DNA of 64,000 nucleotides from Callorhinchus milii (lineage: Eukaryota). This document shows, piece by piece, positions 37,328 to 50,830 of the stretch. The notes under the pieces are model-generated. The model was not told the origin of the DNA. It saw only the letters and a program-made list of their open reading frames with translations, and searched no databases. The number at the start of each line of letters is the position of its first letter. Positions within the stretch are counted from its first letter, which is position 1. The position numbers were made by a program, and so were the translations under genes. The stretch lies in contig NW_024704742.1 in the NCBI RefSeq assembly GCF_018977255.1, forward strand, positions 35,590,001 through 35,654,000, given 5' to 3'.

Positions 37328-40300
37328 AAATGAAGCTCAAACTGCTAAGATGAGTGAATTTACCAACCATCTGAGAAAAAAAATCCACTCGCCACTCCAT
37401 CAAGGTCAGGAAATTTACCAAAGATCAAAGACTCACCATGACACATTAACATTAAAGCTCCATTCCCCACCCCCACCCACCAACACCCTCTGCCACTTCA
37501 CTGAAAGCAATAGAACATCTGTCACCCATCGAGACATGCTCACCAAGCATAACATTTACAGCTGCTTTTATGTATTTTTAAAAAATGAGAGAAGTAGACT
37601 TCTGAGAGAATTCCCCCCAGAAAGGGATTCCCTCTGGAACTTCTAACAATCTATCACTTTTTAATTCATGCTGTAAGCATTCTAGCAGCATAAAAATAAT
37701 TAAGGCATATATTTAGATCAGAAATAAAATCGGTTTCAATTTGCTTGAAAAAAAAATGACTTTAAATAGATTCTGATTTTAATGTGTCGCTAATGTCTTG
37801 TTTGTACAGAAGTAAGCATTGGTTTAAGCCAATGCTTTTCAATCTTTTTTTAAAAATACTGTACCTCTTCTGTCTGAAGGTTTCTGCTCAACTATCGCTT
37901 TACAATTTTCACACTACTGAATAGTATCACAGTTGCAATAAAAGGCAGAATAATCAGAATAACAAATTATTTTTTTCCATGTATTTAATATATAAGATAT
38001 GTCACAAACTGCTGGTTCAGGACAGAATAGCAATCTTTTTAAAAAAATTAATTACAAGTCTTCGGATGCACAGAGTCAAAAGACAATATTTGGGAATCTC
38101 TTCAGGAAACACACATATTTGCTTTCTATTCAGCAAAGTTACTATAATTAATCCCAAATAGTTTGCATCTTAAATGTCTATCGCATTACCATTGTCTCCC
38201 CATCTCAGCATAATTATGTGTGCTGTTTAAAATGTTTACAACATCAAAAACATTAACGTCAAGATAAAGCTATCATAATTAACAATGATTAACTTTTTAT
38301 TAAAGCCAATATAAATAAACTAAAGATAATTGGTGTAACTGAAACATTAGCAGTTTATTACAAACACAAAATACATAAAAACAAATAAATAGCTTGTACT
38401 GAATAAATAGAAAATAATTAACATTGACAGTTACCAATTCAGTGGGATGCTTGGGCCTGGTGTCTTGCATAGCTCGTTAGTTCTTGGAACAAACTCGCAT
38501 CTTATTCCAACTAAATGCCTTTTTAATAATGATGGTTTCATACAATCATTGGAGAGTTCCTGCGAACAAACAACGCACTTGGGATATGGGTTTATCTTAG
38601 TGGCCCACACATGTAAATCCTAACTGTAAGTAGACATCACTGTACATTAGGAACATCCTGTCACTTCTACTTTCTATAGACTGTTGTGTTTTCTTCCTTT
38701 TGTCTCTCAACATTGTTAAAGATTCTTCTGTGTTATTGCAGAATAGAAATTATTTTCCATTAACTTGTTACATGAGTAATAGTGGTAAATTAAATCGGAT
38801 TCTGGACTTGCACTGAAGTATTGGAGTTAACTGACTAAACAATGACTTATACGTGAGAACAACTGGTAAATAATAAATTCACCTATTTATTTAGGTGATA
38901 TTTGTGCTTTTTGGGATGAGTATTGTGTTCTTCTAAGAGATAGATAGAACTGTGAAGGGAACATTTCCTATTTATCTGTTCTCATAATATTAATAGCGCT
39001 ATATGTGCTTGTAGTAAACATAGACTAGCTGTAGCTCAGCCTGGTTGATTGTGAAACACATGTTGATGTATTATGCCAAATATTTCCACATCTAATGTCA
39101 GTTTCTTAATGGAAATCCTCCCCAACTACTGAGCACAACATTAAAGTGCTCTGGGACTCTACCCTGCGTGAAGGGCACTATATAAATGCAAGTTGTTGTT
39201 AAATTCAGAATATTCAACCCCTGGGTTAATTGAAATTGCAACAAGAATTACAATCAATATCACTATGCAATCATATACTGAAATTCGTCTTGTTTACACA
39301 TTACTGATTAATTCCTTTTCTCTTCTACTAGGATACTGTTCCACGAGTGTTGGCCAGCTAATTGTGTTCAAGTGGCTCACAATTATTCATGTGTGAGCTT
39401 TGTCAGTGAACAACAGACCCGAGGGGAAGGAATGGTGTGGAAATAATCAGAGTTGAACCTGGTCCTTTTAATATACATGACTTCCAGCAAGGAGGTGGCA
39501 GAGTGCTAGATCTGGTGACATCAATTGGATTGAATTGTAATATTTCACCAAAATTCATAAGATCACAAGAGCAAGAATTCTAATCTTTTCCTTTCGTAAT
39601 TCGTAACACTGAGGCTGATAGTGGCACCCTCACACCCACCTTGATGAAGAACTGCTATCTCAGCACAGAGTAAAGAACATGTCTGGCTCAGCTTCTCATA
39701 GAATGCTACACAATGGAAATAGATGATTTGGACCATCAAGTCTGTGCTTGCGTTTTCTCCATTTGAGCCATTTTGTTTAATTCCAACCTCCTGCTCCCAT
39801 CACATATTCTTTATTATTCCTATTTTTCCAAGTGGTTACTCTTTGAACAAACTTGCACTTTCTGCTTTTATTTTATTTGCAATAACTTTCTATTGAACAG
39901 AGGGCAGTTTCAGCCCCACAAAGGAGCATAAATAAGAACGGTTGCCATTTAGAATTATACATTAACATTTTCTAATGCAGCATAATGCATCAGATCTCAT
40001 ATGAATATCAAAAAGGTTGGATACAAAAACTTGCAATATGTGGAATAAGTTGGCTTTTTTATTAGGCAATTTTTAAGAATCGTTGGGTATTACATATTTT
40101 CTAAAGGGTAATATTTCTTCCTGTAACAGGTATTAAATAGAATTCAATGCTATATATTTCTCACTTGCAATATCTAGCATGATATATTTTTTCTTTTGTA
40201 AGATGTGTCTGTTGGGTGGGGGGCAGGGGAGGTGTAGAAATCCTCTGTTATATTTTTCCAAAGTGTGACACCTCGGCCTGCCATGCTCTATCCAGTCACT

Positions 40301-40991
40301 AGGCGGTACACCAATGTAGTCCAGCTGACTGAAACTTCAGTTCTTTCCCTCCCTCCTGCACTTTGAACTTGGCGCCTCTTCATGACAGCATATCTGACAT
40401 GGAATTCCCTGCAGGAATTACAGATCATGTGGGGAATCATAGAAGCTGTGATCTACCAGTTTATGTTGGAGTAACTCTGATTTCCAATTTACTATCATTG
40501 AGCCTTTCTACCTCATGCAATTTATATATAAAAGTTCAGGATTTAGTAAACCTCACTTTGGTGACTGAAAACATGTAGAAACAAGCAGCTTTAAAAAATG
40601 CCACTTTTTGTCAGCAGTGGGAGGCTGACTAAAGATAGTGCTCAATATTATGATGTTACCTCCTGTTTCACAAGCTTTTTACTTTTAACATTAAAGCTTG
40701 TTCACCCCTCCTTTCAATGCATTCAAAACAAGCGCAGAAATGCTTGCTCAGGCCTGACGGTAGTAAGTGTATCTATATTTAAGCGCTCTGAGACGCTACC
40801 CTGTGTGGAGGGCGCTATATAAGTACATGTTGTATTTATAATTAAATGTATAATAATAATCCTTGCATTTGATATAGCACCTTATTACATTATTGAGACA
40901 TCTCAAAGTGCTTCACAAAATATAGTGTAAAGTGAATTGACTGTATATCTTATTCACAAAATCCTATATGAGTAGTATGCTACATTTGGGT

Positions 40992-41309
40992 GGGGTCCTG
41001 TAGCTCAGTGGTTAGAGCACTCGCCTTGCAAGCGAGACACCTGGGTTCAATTCCAGGCAGGGCGAAACCTTGGGCAAGTTTCCTTACTCCACACGCCTAA
41101 TAATAATCCCTCCAAAACAAAACTATAATAAATTGGTCATTTTCAATCCATGACTGATGGTGGGACACTGCTGTGCGTAATTGGCGGCCGCATTTCGCCC
41201 ACGAATATACGGTCAATTCACTTTACAGCATATTCTGTGAAGTGCTTTGCAACGTCGAGAAGACGTGAAAAACGCTATCTCAAATGTAAGGATTATTATT
41301 ATTATTATT
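40992..41309 (+). mobile_element. Full-length tRNA-derived DeuSINE-type SINE (short variant)
   Basis: Closely matches the 37010 copy. Confidence 0.9.
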
Positions 41310-41868
41310 GCATACTACCAACATACTAGATTGTATGTAGGTGAAATCCTACGTAGTTAGAGATCTTGTGGGAAGTATCTATTCTGTGCATCCATAAATC
41401 TAAACTTAAGATACACGGTACAGACATGATGGGCCGAATGGCCTCCTTCTGTGCTGTATAATTCTATGTTTTTTAAGTATATCTTCAAGTGAAAACAGTA
41501 TCAAAAAATTAACAGTAATGGATATCTATTTTCCTACTGATCGTATGTGGTCCTATTTATCTTGAAAGAAAAAACATTTTTGTAGTGCCTTATCATGGTG
41601 AAACATCTCAACTTAGTTCACAGATATTTACGGTCAAGTTTAGTGACTGTTTTTGTTTAAAAACAATTATGGATGCCAGCATTGTCCCACAAACCGCCTT
41701 AGGGGAATGATCAATTATTCTAGAGGATTGTTGGTCAGGATATCAAGAGTAAATAACATTACTTGACTGCTGTCAACTGAGTAACTCCCGTTTCTTTCCA
41801 ATCAGATTTATAACATTTATCGGAGGTGAATAGAGTATAAGGATTCATTGAACATGGCACCTCTGATT

Positions 41869-42210
41869 GTGGAGTCCTGTAGCTCAGTGGTTAGAGCACT
41901 CGCCTTGCACGAGAGACCTGGGTTTGATTCCCCACAGGGTGAAATGTTGGTCAAGTTTTCTTACTCCACACACCTTTGTTTACCTAGCAGTAAGTAGGAA
42001 CCTGGTCGGGAGTCGATTGGCAGATGGCTTTTCTGGGGGTAATAATTCCTTCAAAAAAAATCATAATAATAAATTGGTCACTTCAATTCACAACTGTTTG
42101 TGGGACACTGCTGCGTCAATTGGCTGCTGCGTTTTGCTTCACACTATCTTCTGTGAAGCACTTTGAGACGTTTCGAAGATGTGATAAGACCCTATAACAA
42201 ATACAAAAAT
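41869..42210 (+). mobile_element. tRNA-derived SINE (long variant, more diverged)
   Basis: Same head and Deu-like block plus an extra internal segment tgtttacctagcagtaagtagg... Confidence 0.8.
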
Positions 42211-42914
42211 GTTATTATTTTATTCAGCACTCCCCCAAGTGCTGTACTACAATGTGGGCTTGAATACATAACTTTCGTATCTGGAGGCAAGTGTGCCCAG
42301 CCTAGAGTATCAATCAAAAACTGAAAACCAATAAAGAATATTAGCCATTGTCCTAAAGTAGTTGAAATAATATGCAAGCAAGCTCTCTTCCAACGCATTA
42401 CATGTTGAATTAAGTGGGCAACAGAACAGACACTATTACCCTGCAATGTCACGGACTGAAATGATTTCCCATCTGATGACAAACTAATCACTTCCACCTG
42501 CTGCTACATTGTTGGCAATTGACAGCGGTTTCTTTGGAAGCAGAGTCCCGGTTGTACTGAAGTAATGCTGATATCACCGTCACAAGGCAACAGAGCAAAA
42601 ACAAAAACCTTGTGAACATGAAAATGTAAAGCACATTTCGGAACAAACAATTCATGTAAATAGCATGAGATAGGTTTTTTTCTTTGTGGGTGAGAGAGAT
42701 GTTAGCAGTAATTCTGCTAGAAGTCTGTGCAATTATTGGCAACGCACTAAAGTACAATTTTCCACTTTTCCCAATTATACATTTGGCTGTGTGAACACAG
42801 ACAATCTGAAGTGATGCTAAGTATTCATGTAACCTACCCAAACCTGAGCCACTTGACCTTTCTGAAAGAGCCCAGCATTATGTTCTGCTGCTGATGAGTG
42901 AAAAATGTAACAGT

Positions 42915-43388
42915 AATGATAATAATGTTGCGTTTATTGCAATTTCAAAACATCTCATGAAGCATTTCAATAGGTGTACTGTAAAGTGCAGTGATTTTTT
43001 TTTGAAGGCGAACATGACAGTCAATTTGTGCACAGCAATGTTCCACAAATATCTACAATGTGATTGACTCATTTTATCTGGAGGATTGGTGTTGAGGACA
43101 GCAGAAGACACTCTCTTCTCTTATCAAAGAGTGCCATGGGATCTTTAACATCCACCAGAACACCTGTACCTGTTCAGGTGGAAGCTAAAGATGCCATAGC
43201 ACTAAACAGGCAGACAGGACCTTGGTATAACATCTCATCCAAAGGGCAGCATTTCTGCCAATGGAGCATTTCTCTCAGGACTGCGCTGGAGTGTCAGCCT
43301 AGACTATGAGCCAGTGTTAGCCTTGAACCCACAACCCACAATCTTCTGACTCGGAGGCAAGACTACTATCAACTGAGCCAGGCTGACC
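42915..43388 (-). mobile_element. SacSINE1-like DeuSINE, near full length
   Basis: Reverse strand reads gtcagcctggctcagttgatagtagtcttgcctccgagtcagaag...ctaggctgacactccag...ggatgagatgttatacc...aaagatcccatggcac, recognised from memory as the shark SacSINE1/Deu pattern. Confidence 0.75.
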
Positions 43389-44689
43389 TGGGGGGAAACA
43401 CAGCAGCACTCCAGAGAATCTAAATTAATCTTTTAATGGATAAAATATTAAAATAGTGTGAAACTATTTTCAGATGTAAAATATAAAATATCGAAATGGT
43501 TCCCTGTTCAGACACAGGACTTCTGAACAGTTTGGACTTTACTTTCTTGTCCTGTATCCTATACTTCTTATCCTGTGTCATAAATAAAATTGGCCATCCA
43601 ATGGTCATCCACAAAGAAACTTGATGGGGTGGAGGGAGGGTCACAAAATGAAACCATTGACTGTTATAAAGGCGTGAAAATTGTGATCTGTAGTGTTTGA
43701 AAAATTCACCGTTTTGAGAATGACCTTGACTGGTGTGGTGGTTGGGCCTGAGGTAAGCTGTAGATTGCAGCAACTGAATGATGGTTAATAGGTCTCAAGT
43801 ACCTGTTACATTCAGTCCCTTTTGTGCACTACTCAATGTTTTGTGAGTATGTGCCTTCAACCAAATGTTCAACACCTTTTGCTTGGCAAAATTAGTGAAG
43901 GTTAAACAATATTTCCCACTTTTAATTAACCGAATGGATTAAGTCCAGGGCACGGACAAAGATACTTATACATGCCAACTAGCGATGTAGTCCTGTAAAA
44001 CAACCCCTTAAACCTCACAGAATGCCAGTTACCTACTGTGTCTAGTCCTTTCATATTTTCTTATGTCTCCTTGCTCCCTCTTTGTGTCCAACTGATTTTC
44101 CCCTCCTACTAGATGTGTACAGGTGTTATGTGTGTACAAGTAACGTATTTTAACAATAATCTTTGCATTTTAGAATATAAAGGAGGGCTCGAATAGCTCT
44201 GCCTCAATTAATATTGCTAAATATCTTTCTCAGTAAAAAAGATAAGAAGTTAAAAGGACTAAAGCTAAGTGGTGCAGATAGAAAGAGTCCACAAGGAACA
44301 ATAGAAATATGTGGATTTATATGGATTGGGTAGAAGGAGGGACACAGGGTGGAAAAAGGAAAATAACTTTTTAATTCAATGGGGCTTGTGCTCCATTCAC
44401 CTCCAAACCTCAAATGCAAAAAATGCAAACACCAGCTAGGTGCTTTGGGCATGAGGCAGCTGATAATGTTGAGCCCTGCTGCTGTATATATGTGATGTTT
44501 CTAATTTGTGCCTAAAACTTCCTTTAAGATGCTTTATCAATCTGATTAGTGTATGGGAGGATGGTGTCCACAGATGTTGCCTAGCAGCTGGAAAGGGGTT
44601 ACTCAAGCATGGTTTAAATATATTATGTATGATGTTTCTAAAGCTTTTTAACTTTACTGCATTTCACAACAGGGATATTATGGGATTGA

Positions 44690-44930
44690 TCATCCTACCA
44701 ACCTGCTTGCTCCATCCGCTCAGCAGGCACTGGCCTATTACATATCCCTCGCCCTGCCCACCCCACCAATGGCAGTCAGACCTTCAGCTTTTCTGCCCCC
44801 ACTCTCTGGAACTCCATCCCAGAGTTCCTTCGCCTTGCCCCTTTCACCACTTCCTTCAAGATCCATCTCTAGACCTTCCTCTTTGACCACATCTTCAGAC
44901 ATTGAATAAATTAAATTTGTTGTTGATGTT
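44690..44930 (+). mobile_element. L2 LINE 3' fragment
   Basis: Similar to the 3' ends of the other L2 copies. Confidence 0.75.
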
Positions 44931-45729
44931 ATTGTTGAGTTTGGTTTGGGTTCAGAGATCTCCGCCTCATGTTCCCAATCTAATTGGCTTTGTGTTTAGA
45001 CTCTTAGCGGCCTGAAATTCCATTTGGTCTTACCTTTAAGATCATTTAACTTAAAATTTTACCTTGTGCAGAACCATAGAACATTTTTTAATTAATTCTT
45101 AATTTGAAAGCTTATTTTCTTCAAGAACTATGGAACATCGGTTTCCAAATTAAGGTTGAATCCGAGAATTTTTCACAATTCTGTGTAATTTGAAACTTGA
45201 AACAAAAGTGTCCTTACATGATAAGCCTAGGTGAAATATTGTGCCTCCTATGTTGACTATCAAACTTCAGGTGGGAAGAAAATGTCTTCTAATTGGTTTT
45301 CTTGCAATCAAAGTCTCATAGATTTCTTGCATCTACATTATCTAGACCTTTCCTCTATCATTCATTGGCTTATCTATAAATTGCTCTACACCTGTTTGAT
45401 GCTATTTATTTTCCTTATAGTATTCATCTGGTAATGTAAATTAATGTCATTTACATTTTTATAATATCATAAAAATAAATAAAAATTTAGACTCTGTAGA
45501 ACCTCATCAGTTATTGACACTCAAATTTAATATTTTCTTTCTCATTATCTTCTGCATTCATATTGCTAAGCTATTTTCCAGTCCAACTACATTAATTCTC
45601 AATAATATTGTGAGCTTTAACCATTTAAAAATAATAATTATTGCATTTCATGTAACAATTTATAATATCATGAAAATGTCTCAAAACACTGTAATATGTA
45701 GTGACTATTTGTAGGAGGTCTAAAGTCTC

Positions 45730-46720
45730 ATAGATTCAACTTTATCAAATACCTTCTGAAAATTGAAGGATATAGGTTGCCCACTGATTCATAATGATAC
45801 ATTAGTTTTGTTATTCCCTCAAAGAGTTCTAGTAGATTTGTTTGATAACGCATTGTGAATGGCAATAATTATTACCAAAAATTGCTGCCATACCAACTAT
45901 TGATTATGGCACAGGGGCTGGGTCTAAAGCTGGCCAGAAGCTTTCTGTGGCTGCCATTTGATTTGCTGCCAGTGAAGTAAGTCCTTTAAGTCAATCAGCT
46001 ATGCAGTTTCTAATAAAGTGGCACCTCACATCATATATATTTAAACCATGGGAGGCAACACATTTGGGGTCTAAAGAAAATATTGGGTCAACTCCGAGCC
46101 CAACCATTGTGCTGAAGTCAAAGGACTGTCCACGTCCTTGGATAGTCATTAATGATCAACTAGTTTGACTATCCTGTTTGACAATATAATTCTCACCAGT
46201 GATTAGCATCACATTGCATGGAACATGTTTCACCCATCTTTTCTTTACTCCCTCCCTTAAATCATGCTTAAAGAATTCAAATTTGTCTTTGCTGTTTGAT
46301 GTTCTACTTCTGTTTCTGATTTATCCTCCCTTGTGCTCTTACAGAGCTCCAAAGCTTGCATTCCTAGAGTCATGCACCTTTGTGTCATTATTTTTGATAT
46401 TAGCCTTTTATATAATGATCGTTGGAGTCCAAGTGCTCACTCACTTCCAAATCACTGATTAGTTCTGGTAGGCTGCTAAACACGAATATGCCATCTGTTG
46501 CTATGCTTTGCTTCACATGTTGTGTCAAAAAATTACTAATTTTTTCTATGAAATGTATTGTACATTCATCCCTACATTCTGGCTGCCCCTGGTCTGACCA
46601 CTTTACTTCTGGGAAATTAGAATCCTCCAGGATTATCAGATTACAGTTTCCTGCAGCCTGAAAATATTTGCCATTGTGCGAGAGACCAAGTTGTTTTGTA
46701 GAATGGCGAACTTTCAACTA
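45730..46720 (-). mobile_element. Old CR1 LINE fragments (APE endonuclease ~46400-46717; RT ~45730-45850)
   Basis: LIILEDSNFPEVKW...NFLTQHVKQ...ELISDLEVSEHLDSNDH resembles the CR1 endonuclease (GDFNFP...SDH). The reverse strand near 45750 gives an FQKVFDKV-like RT motif. Confidence 0.7.
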
Positions 46721-47372
46721 ATTAACGTGTTCCTGTCAAATGGGCTGGAATCAAGCCTACCATTTTGATAATGGAATGATGCATGTTTTAGGGAGATCTG
46801 GAGATAAAATGGGAAGACCGCTGCATGAGTATTTAACAAATATTCCTGTATGGTCTACTGGGTTGTATGGTGTGCTTTCAGTAATATCATTTGAGAGGAT
46901 TGAAACAAAAATGGTAGAATATGAGTTTTAGAAAGAATGCTGCTGTTGTTTAACGGAAACAAGGATGTTTCCAGATGCTTACAGGGGCAAACAACTGAAA
47001 TTGAGAACATACATTGGAGGTCATTCTTGCTATTTGAGGGAAAACGTTTTGGGTTGGAAATGAAAATGATAAAAAATGGGGTGGAGCTGTATTTTGTTCC
47101 AATGCATTCCATACAGCAAATGCGTTGGTGTGGTTTAAATCCTGTTCTGCTTCATTCAGTAAATTTAGAGAGATTTTAAAAGTGTTATTCAATTTTGCAT
47201 TTCTATTGTTATTTATCATTTGCATTACCATTTATTTCTAGGTACACTGATTTGAGATTCATGTGAAACTTAGCCGGACATCATGTGAGAAAATGTTCTA
47301 CTTGGAAAGAATGGAGCTGAATCATTCTATCATAGTTACATGAACTCTATCTAGCATATAGCTAGTAAGATA

Positions 47373-48736
47373 TAAATCAATCACCAGAGAGGTCTTCCAA
47401 CTGATCTGGGGGTCCAAGATGGATTGTGTCCGCAGAGACATGATGCACAAAGCCCCGGAAAAGGGGGGGAAAGGGGTCCCTAAAGTAGCCCTGATCCTCA
47501 TGGCCATCTTTTGTGTAGCTGCCTGAGGTTGTGCCTGGAGCCCTGCTCCGCCGGCAACAAATGCGACTATGTGTTCGCCTTCTACCTGTACCGGTGCTAA
47601 GAAGGGTAGGTCTGGCAGAGCTGCCTCAAACGTTCCACACAGTTGGAGCGTGCCAAAACACCTATCCTAAGTTGAGAAATTGCTGAAGAAAACCATCCTA
47701 GAGCCTCGCCCAATCACTGAATGGTCCGCGTGACAGGTAATTGAAACAGTTCGAAAAGGGGAGAGGGCAGACCTGATCGGGAGCTACCCTGAGGCGACAG
47801 CCAGCTACATAAGGCAAAAAAACTCGTCAATGGCCTGACCAATAACCATCAGGACATGGCCTGGCTGGCGATAAAAGGGGTTCTTCCACTCAGGGCTTTC
47901 ATGCATGGTCGAAGTCTGGGTCGTTGCCCTCGGGCCGGCTGCAGGGTCCAGGAGACCATAGACCACCTCTTCCTGGAATGTTTCGCAAAGGCGGTTTGGT
48001 AAAAGATGGAATGGATTCTCTCGCAGTGTGTCCCTGGGGACCTGCTTTCACGGCACTTGGTGCTGTATGGCCTCTTCCCGGGCACTCACATTGAAACCCA
48101 CATTGAGTGTGCCTGGAGGATGATAAACTTGGTAAAGGAGGCCCTTTGGCTCTCCTAAAACCAGGTGTTCATCTGGCAGAACGAGCGGATGGTGAGGGCC
48201 TGCCTCAGACTCGCACACGCTAGGATCAGGGATTATATATTGAGGGACACGCTGAAGTTCGGCTCAACCGCAGCAAAGGCCAGATGGGGCTTGATTCTTG
48301 CAAGGAGCCGCTCCAGCACAACTGGCCCAGGGTGCACCCACCAGGTAGCCCACGAGGGCATCCAAAACTGACTGAAGTAAAGGTACAGAAGGACTGTTGA
48401 GATGTAACCAAAGAGCATCCCAAAAATGTATGTACGCATGTGTGTGTACGGCGCACATTGGGGTGCCTTGCGAAAGCAACAGGTGCACCTTATCAAGGTG
48501 TGTGCGGGAGTGCATATGGATGTGATGTAAACAAGGGCAACTCCCGATTGTTTTAAAGGAAGTGTCCCAAAAAAATGTGCACAACCTACATGCGGTAAAG
48601 GAATGCACCACAAACAATGGATTTTTTTACTGTCGGGAGGAAGAGAAAAATTGTAACAGAAGATGTTGTGTTTGTTTTGGATTTCTGTTGTACTAAATAC
48701 TATATTGAAAATTAAATATATATTTTCATAAAAAAG
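47373..48736 (+). mobile_element. 5'-truncated Tx1-clade (L1 group) LINE
   Basis: VFQLIWGSKMDCVRRDMMHKAPEKGGKGVP and CCHC motif CPRAGCRVQETIDHLFLEC. Short poly(A). 14-bp TSD TAGCTAGTAAGATA (47359-47372, 48737-48750). Confidence 0.85.
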
Positions 48737-48929
48737 TAGCTAGTAAGATACAATCACCCATGCTATGTTGATGTTAAGGGAAATTGCCACAAAGTATTTG
48801 CCCAAATTTGGTTACATCAAAACATCTGAATAATTTTTCTGTAAAGAGTAGTAACTGTGTATTTGTAGGCAAACACGGCAGCCGATTTGCATGCAGCAGT
48901 ACCCTGCAAACCGCCATCACGATAACTGA

Positions 48930-49410
48930 AGGTGCATTTAATGAGGAAGATCTTAATAAGTAAGGTAGGCCTTAAGGGGAGAAGCAAGTTGTAGGGACTC
49001 TGGGATGGACTTCCAGGGAGCAGGGAACAAAGGCTGAAAGCCTTACCGCTGAAGGGGGACATGTAGCAGGCCATTGCCTGCTAAGAAGAGGGAATGGTTG
49101 GGTTTGTATGGTTTGAGAGGGTCGCAGAGGTAGGGTGGGAAAAGGTCATGTAGGGATTTAAAAGTTAGGATCTTGAGCTCAATCCACTGCAGGATGGAGC
49201 AGGTGCAGCTAGGCGAAGATGATACACTCGCAGAGTCTGGTGTGGGAGAGGACACTAGCTGTAGTTCTAGATAGTCTGCATCTTGTGGAGGGAAGAGTTG
49301 GGTAATCTAGCAAGCATGGCATTGCCGTATTCTAGCCTGGATCCGATAGAAGCACGGATAAGGATCTCAGCAGCCCAGAGGGAGAGGTAGTGGTACAGTC
49401 AAGCAATAGA
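48930..49410 (-). mobile_element. L2 LINE fragment
   Basis: LKILTFKSLHDLFPPYLCD on the minus strand. Confidence 0.8.
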
Positions 49411-49459
49411 AGTGGGGGAAGCTCAACACACAGACCTGCCGCTGATTTGCCGCTGAGAC

Positions 49460-49990
49460 CCTCAATCATGCTTTCATTACATACAGGCATCCCTCCAGAA
49501 ATTGGAGATTGTGCAGAACTCTGCAGCTCATGCCCTCTCCCACACCAAACTCCATGAGCCGATCACCCCCATTCTCGCTCAGCTTCACTGGCTTCCGTAC
49601 TCGTTCTCACTTTTAAAGCTCTCTGCAGCGTCCCTGCCTCTGTGACCCACTACAACTTTACCAACCTGTCTGCTCTCTGCTCACCAGGCACTGGCCTGCT
49701 CCATGTCCATGTCCCCACCATCGGCAGAAGGGCCTTCAGCTTTTCTGCTCCGGCGTTCGAGAATTCCATCCAGGAATTTCTTCACCTTACCCCCAACTTG
49801 AATCCTTAAAGGCCCATCTCAAGATCTTTCTCTTTGCTTTTGGTCACCCTCCCACCCAACTCCCTTGCCTTCCACTTCTCTTGATTCCAGCCTCCAACTC
49901 CGATGCAAACCCTCAACTATCGAGCACCTTTGGACGTCCTCCCAGTGTGAAAGGCACTATATAAATGCAAATTGTTGCTGTTGTTGTTGT
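49460..49990 (+). mobile_element. L2 LINE 3' fragment
   Basis: IVQNSAA/ITPILAQLHWL-type sequence; tail gtgaaaggcactatataaatgcaaattgttg. Confidence 0.85.
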
Positions 49991-50669
49991 TATTTGCAGC
50001 CATTAACTGCACACAAGAACAAATCAGAATGTGAAATTCATGTTTTTAAAAACAGGGGTGTAACATTATGTGAGCAAAAATTAGAGTCAATTTAGCATTG
50101 ATGCAGTATTGAATCCACAATACAACTATATTTAGCAATGCTATTGGCTGAAGTGAGTTAACCATCTTGGAATAAAGTTTGAACCTTGTTATAGTTCGTG
50201 CTGTGTGTGTTCTGAACTAGAAATACATCTGGACATAAATAATATCACGAGGTCTGTTCATGTGCAGCCCAATAATTCAATGATGGATACAATAATCATC
50301 ACTGTGCTCCTTGAAACTAGGTTAATTCTTCAGCATCAATCTTTCAAAAAGGAGTTGTCACTACAGGACACAATCATAAAATACTCCACAGTATATATGA
50401 ACCGGAGAAGGTATAATGATTTCCCACATGTAATTGCATTAACAGAGATACTTTTTACTGATTTTAAAAAAATCTTTGTTTTAATGAAAACTAAACCAAC
50501 ATATTTAAACTGCACTAAAAATGTTCATGTTGCAGAATATATATCATCCGCCAGAAAAATATTTTCCAAAACAATGACACTGTGACAGTCTTTTCTGAGC
50601 AAGGCTCCTGCTCCCTCCACATGGTGGCAGAGCCTCTTGTGTATTACTAGTGTGGTCCAATGTAAAACA

Positions 50670-50830
50670 CATGTAGCTCCATTGGTAGCATTCTTGCCTC
50701 TGAGACAGAAGGTTGTAGGTTCAATCCCCACATCAGAACTGAGTCGGAAGGTCATAGGTTCAAACCCAGTGTCAGGACTAAACTTGTAGACTAAGATGAC
50801 ATTACAATGCAGTGCTGGGGGAACGTTTTA
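50670..50830 (+). mobile_element. SacSINE1-like SINE head fragment
   Basis: ttggtagcattcttgcctctgagacagaaggttgtaggttcaa; matches 54745 and the 43388 head. Confidence 0.65.
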
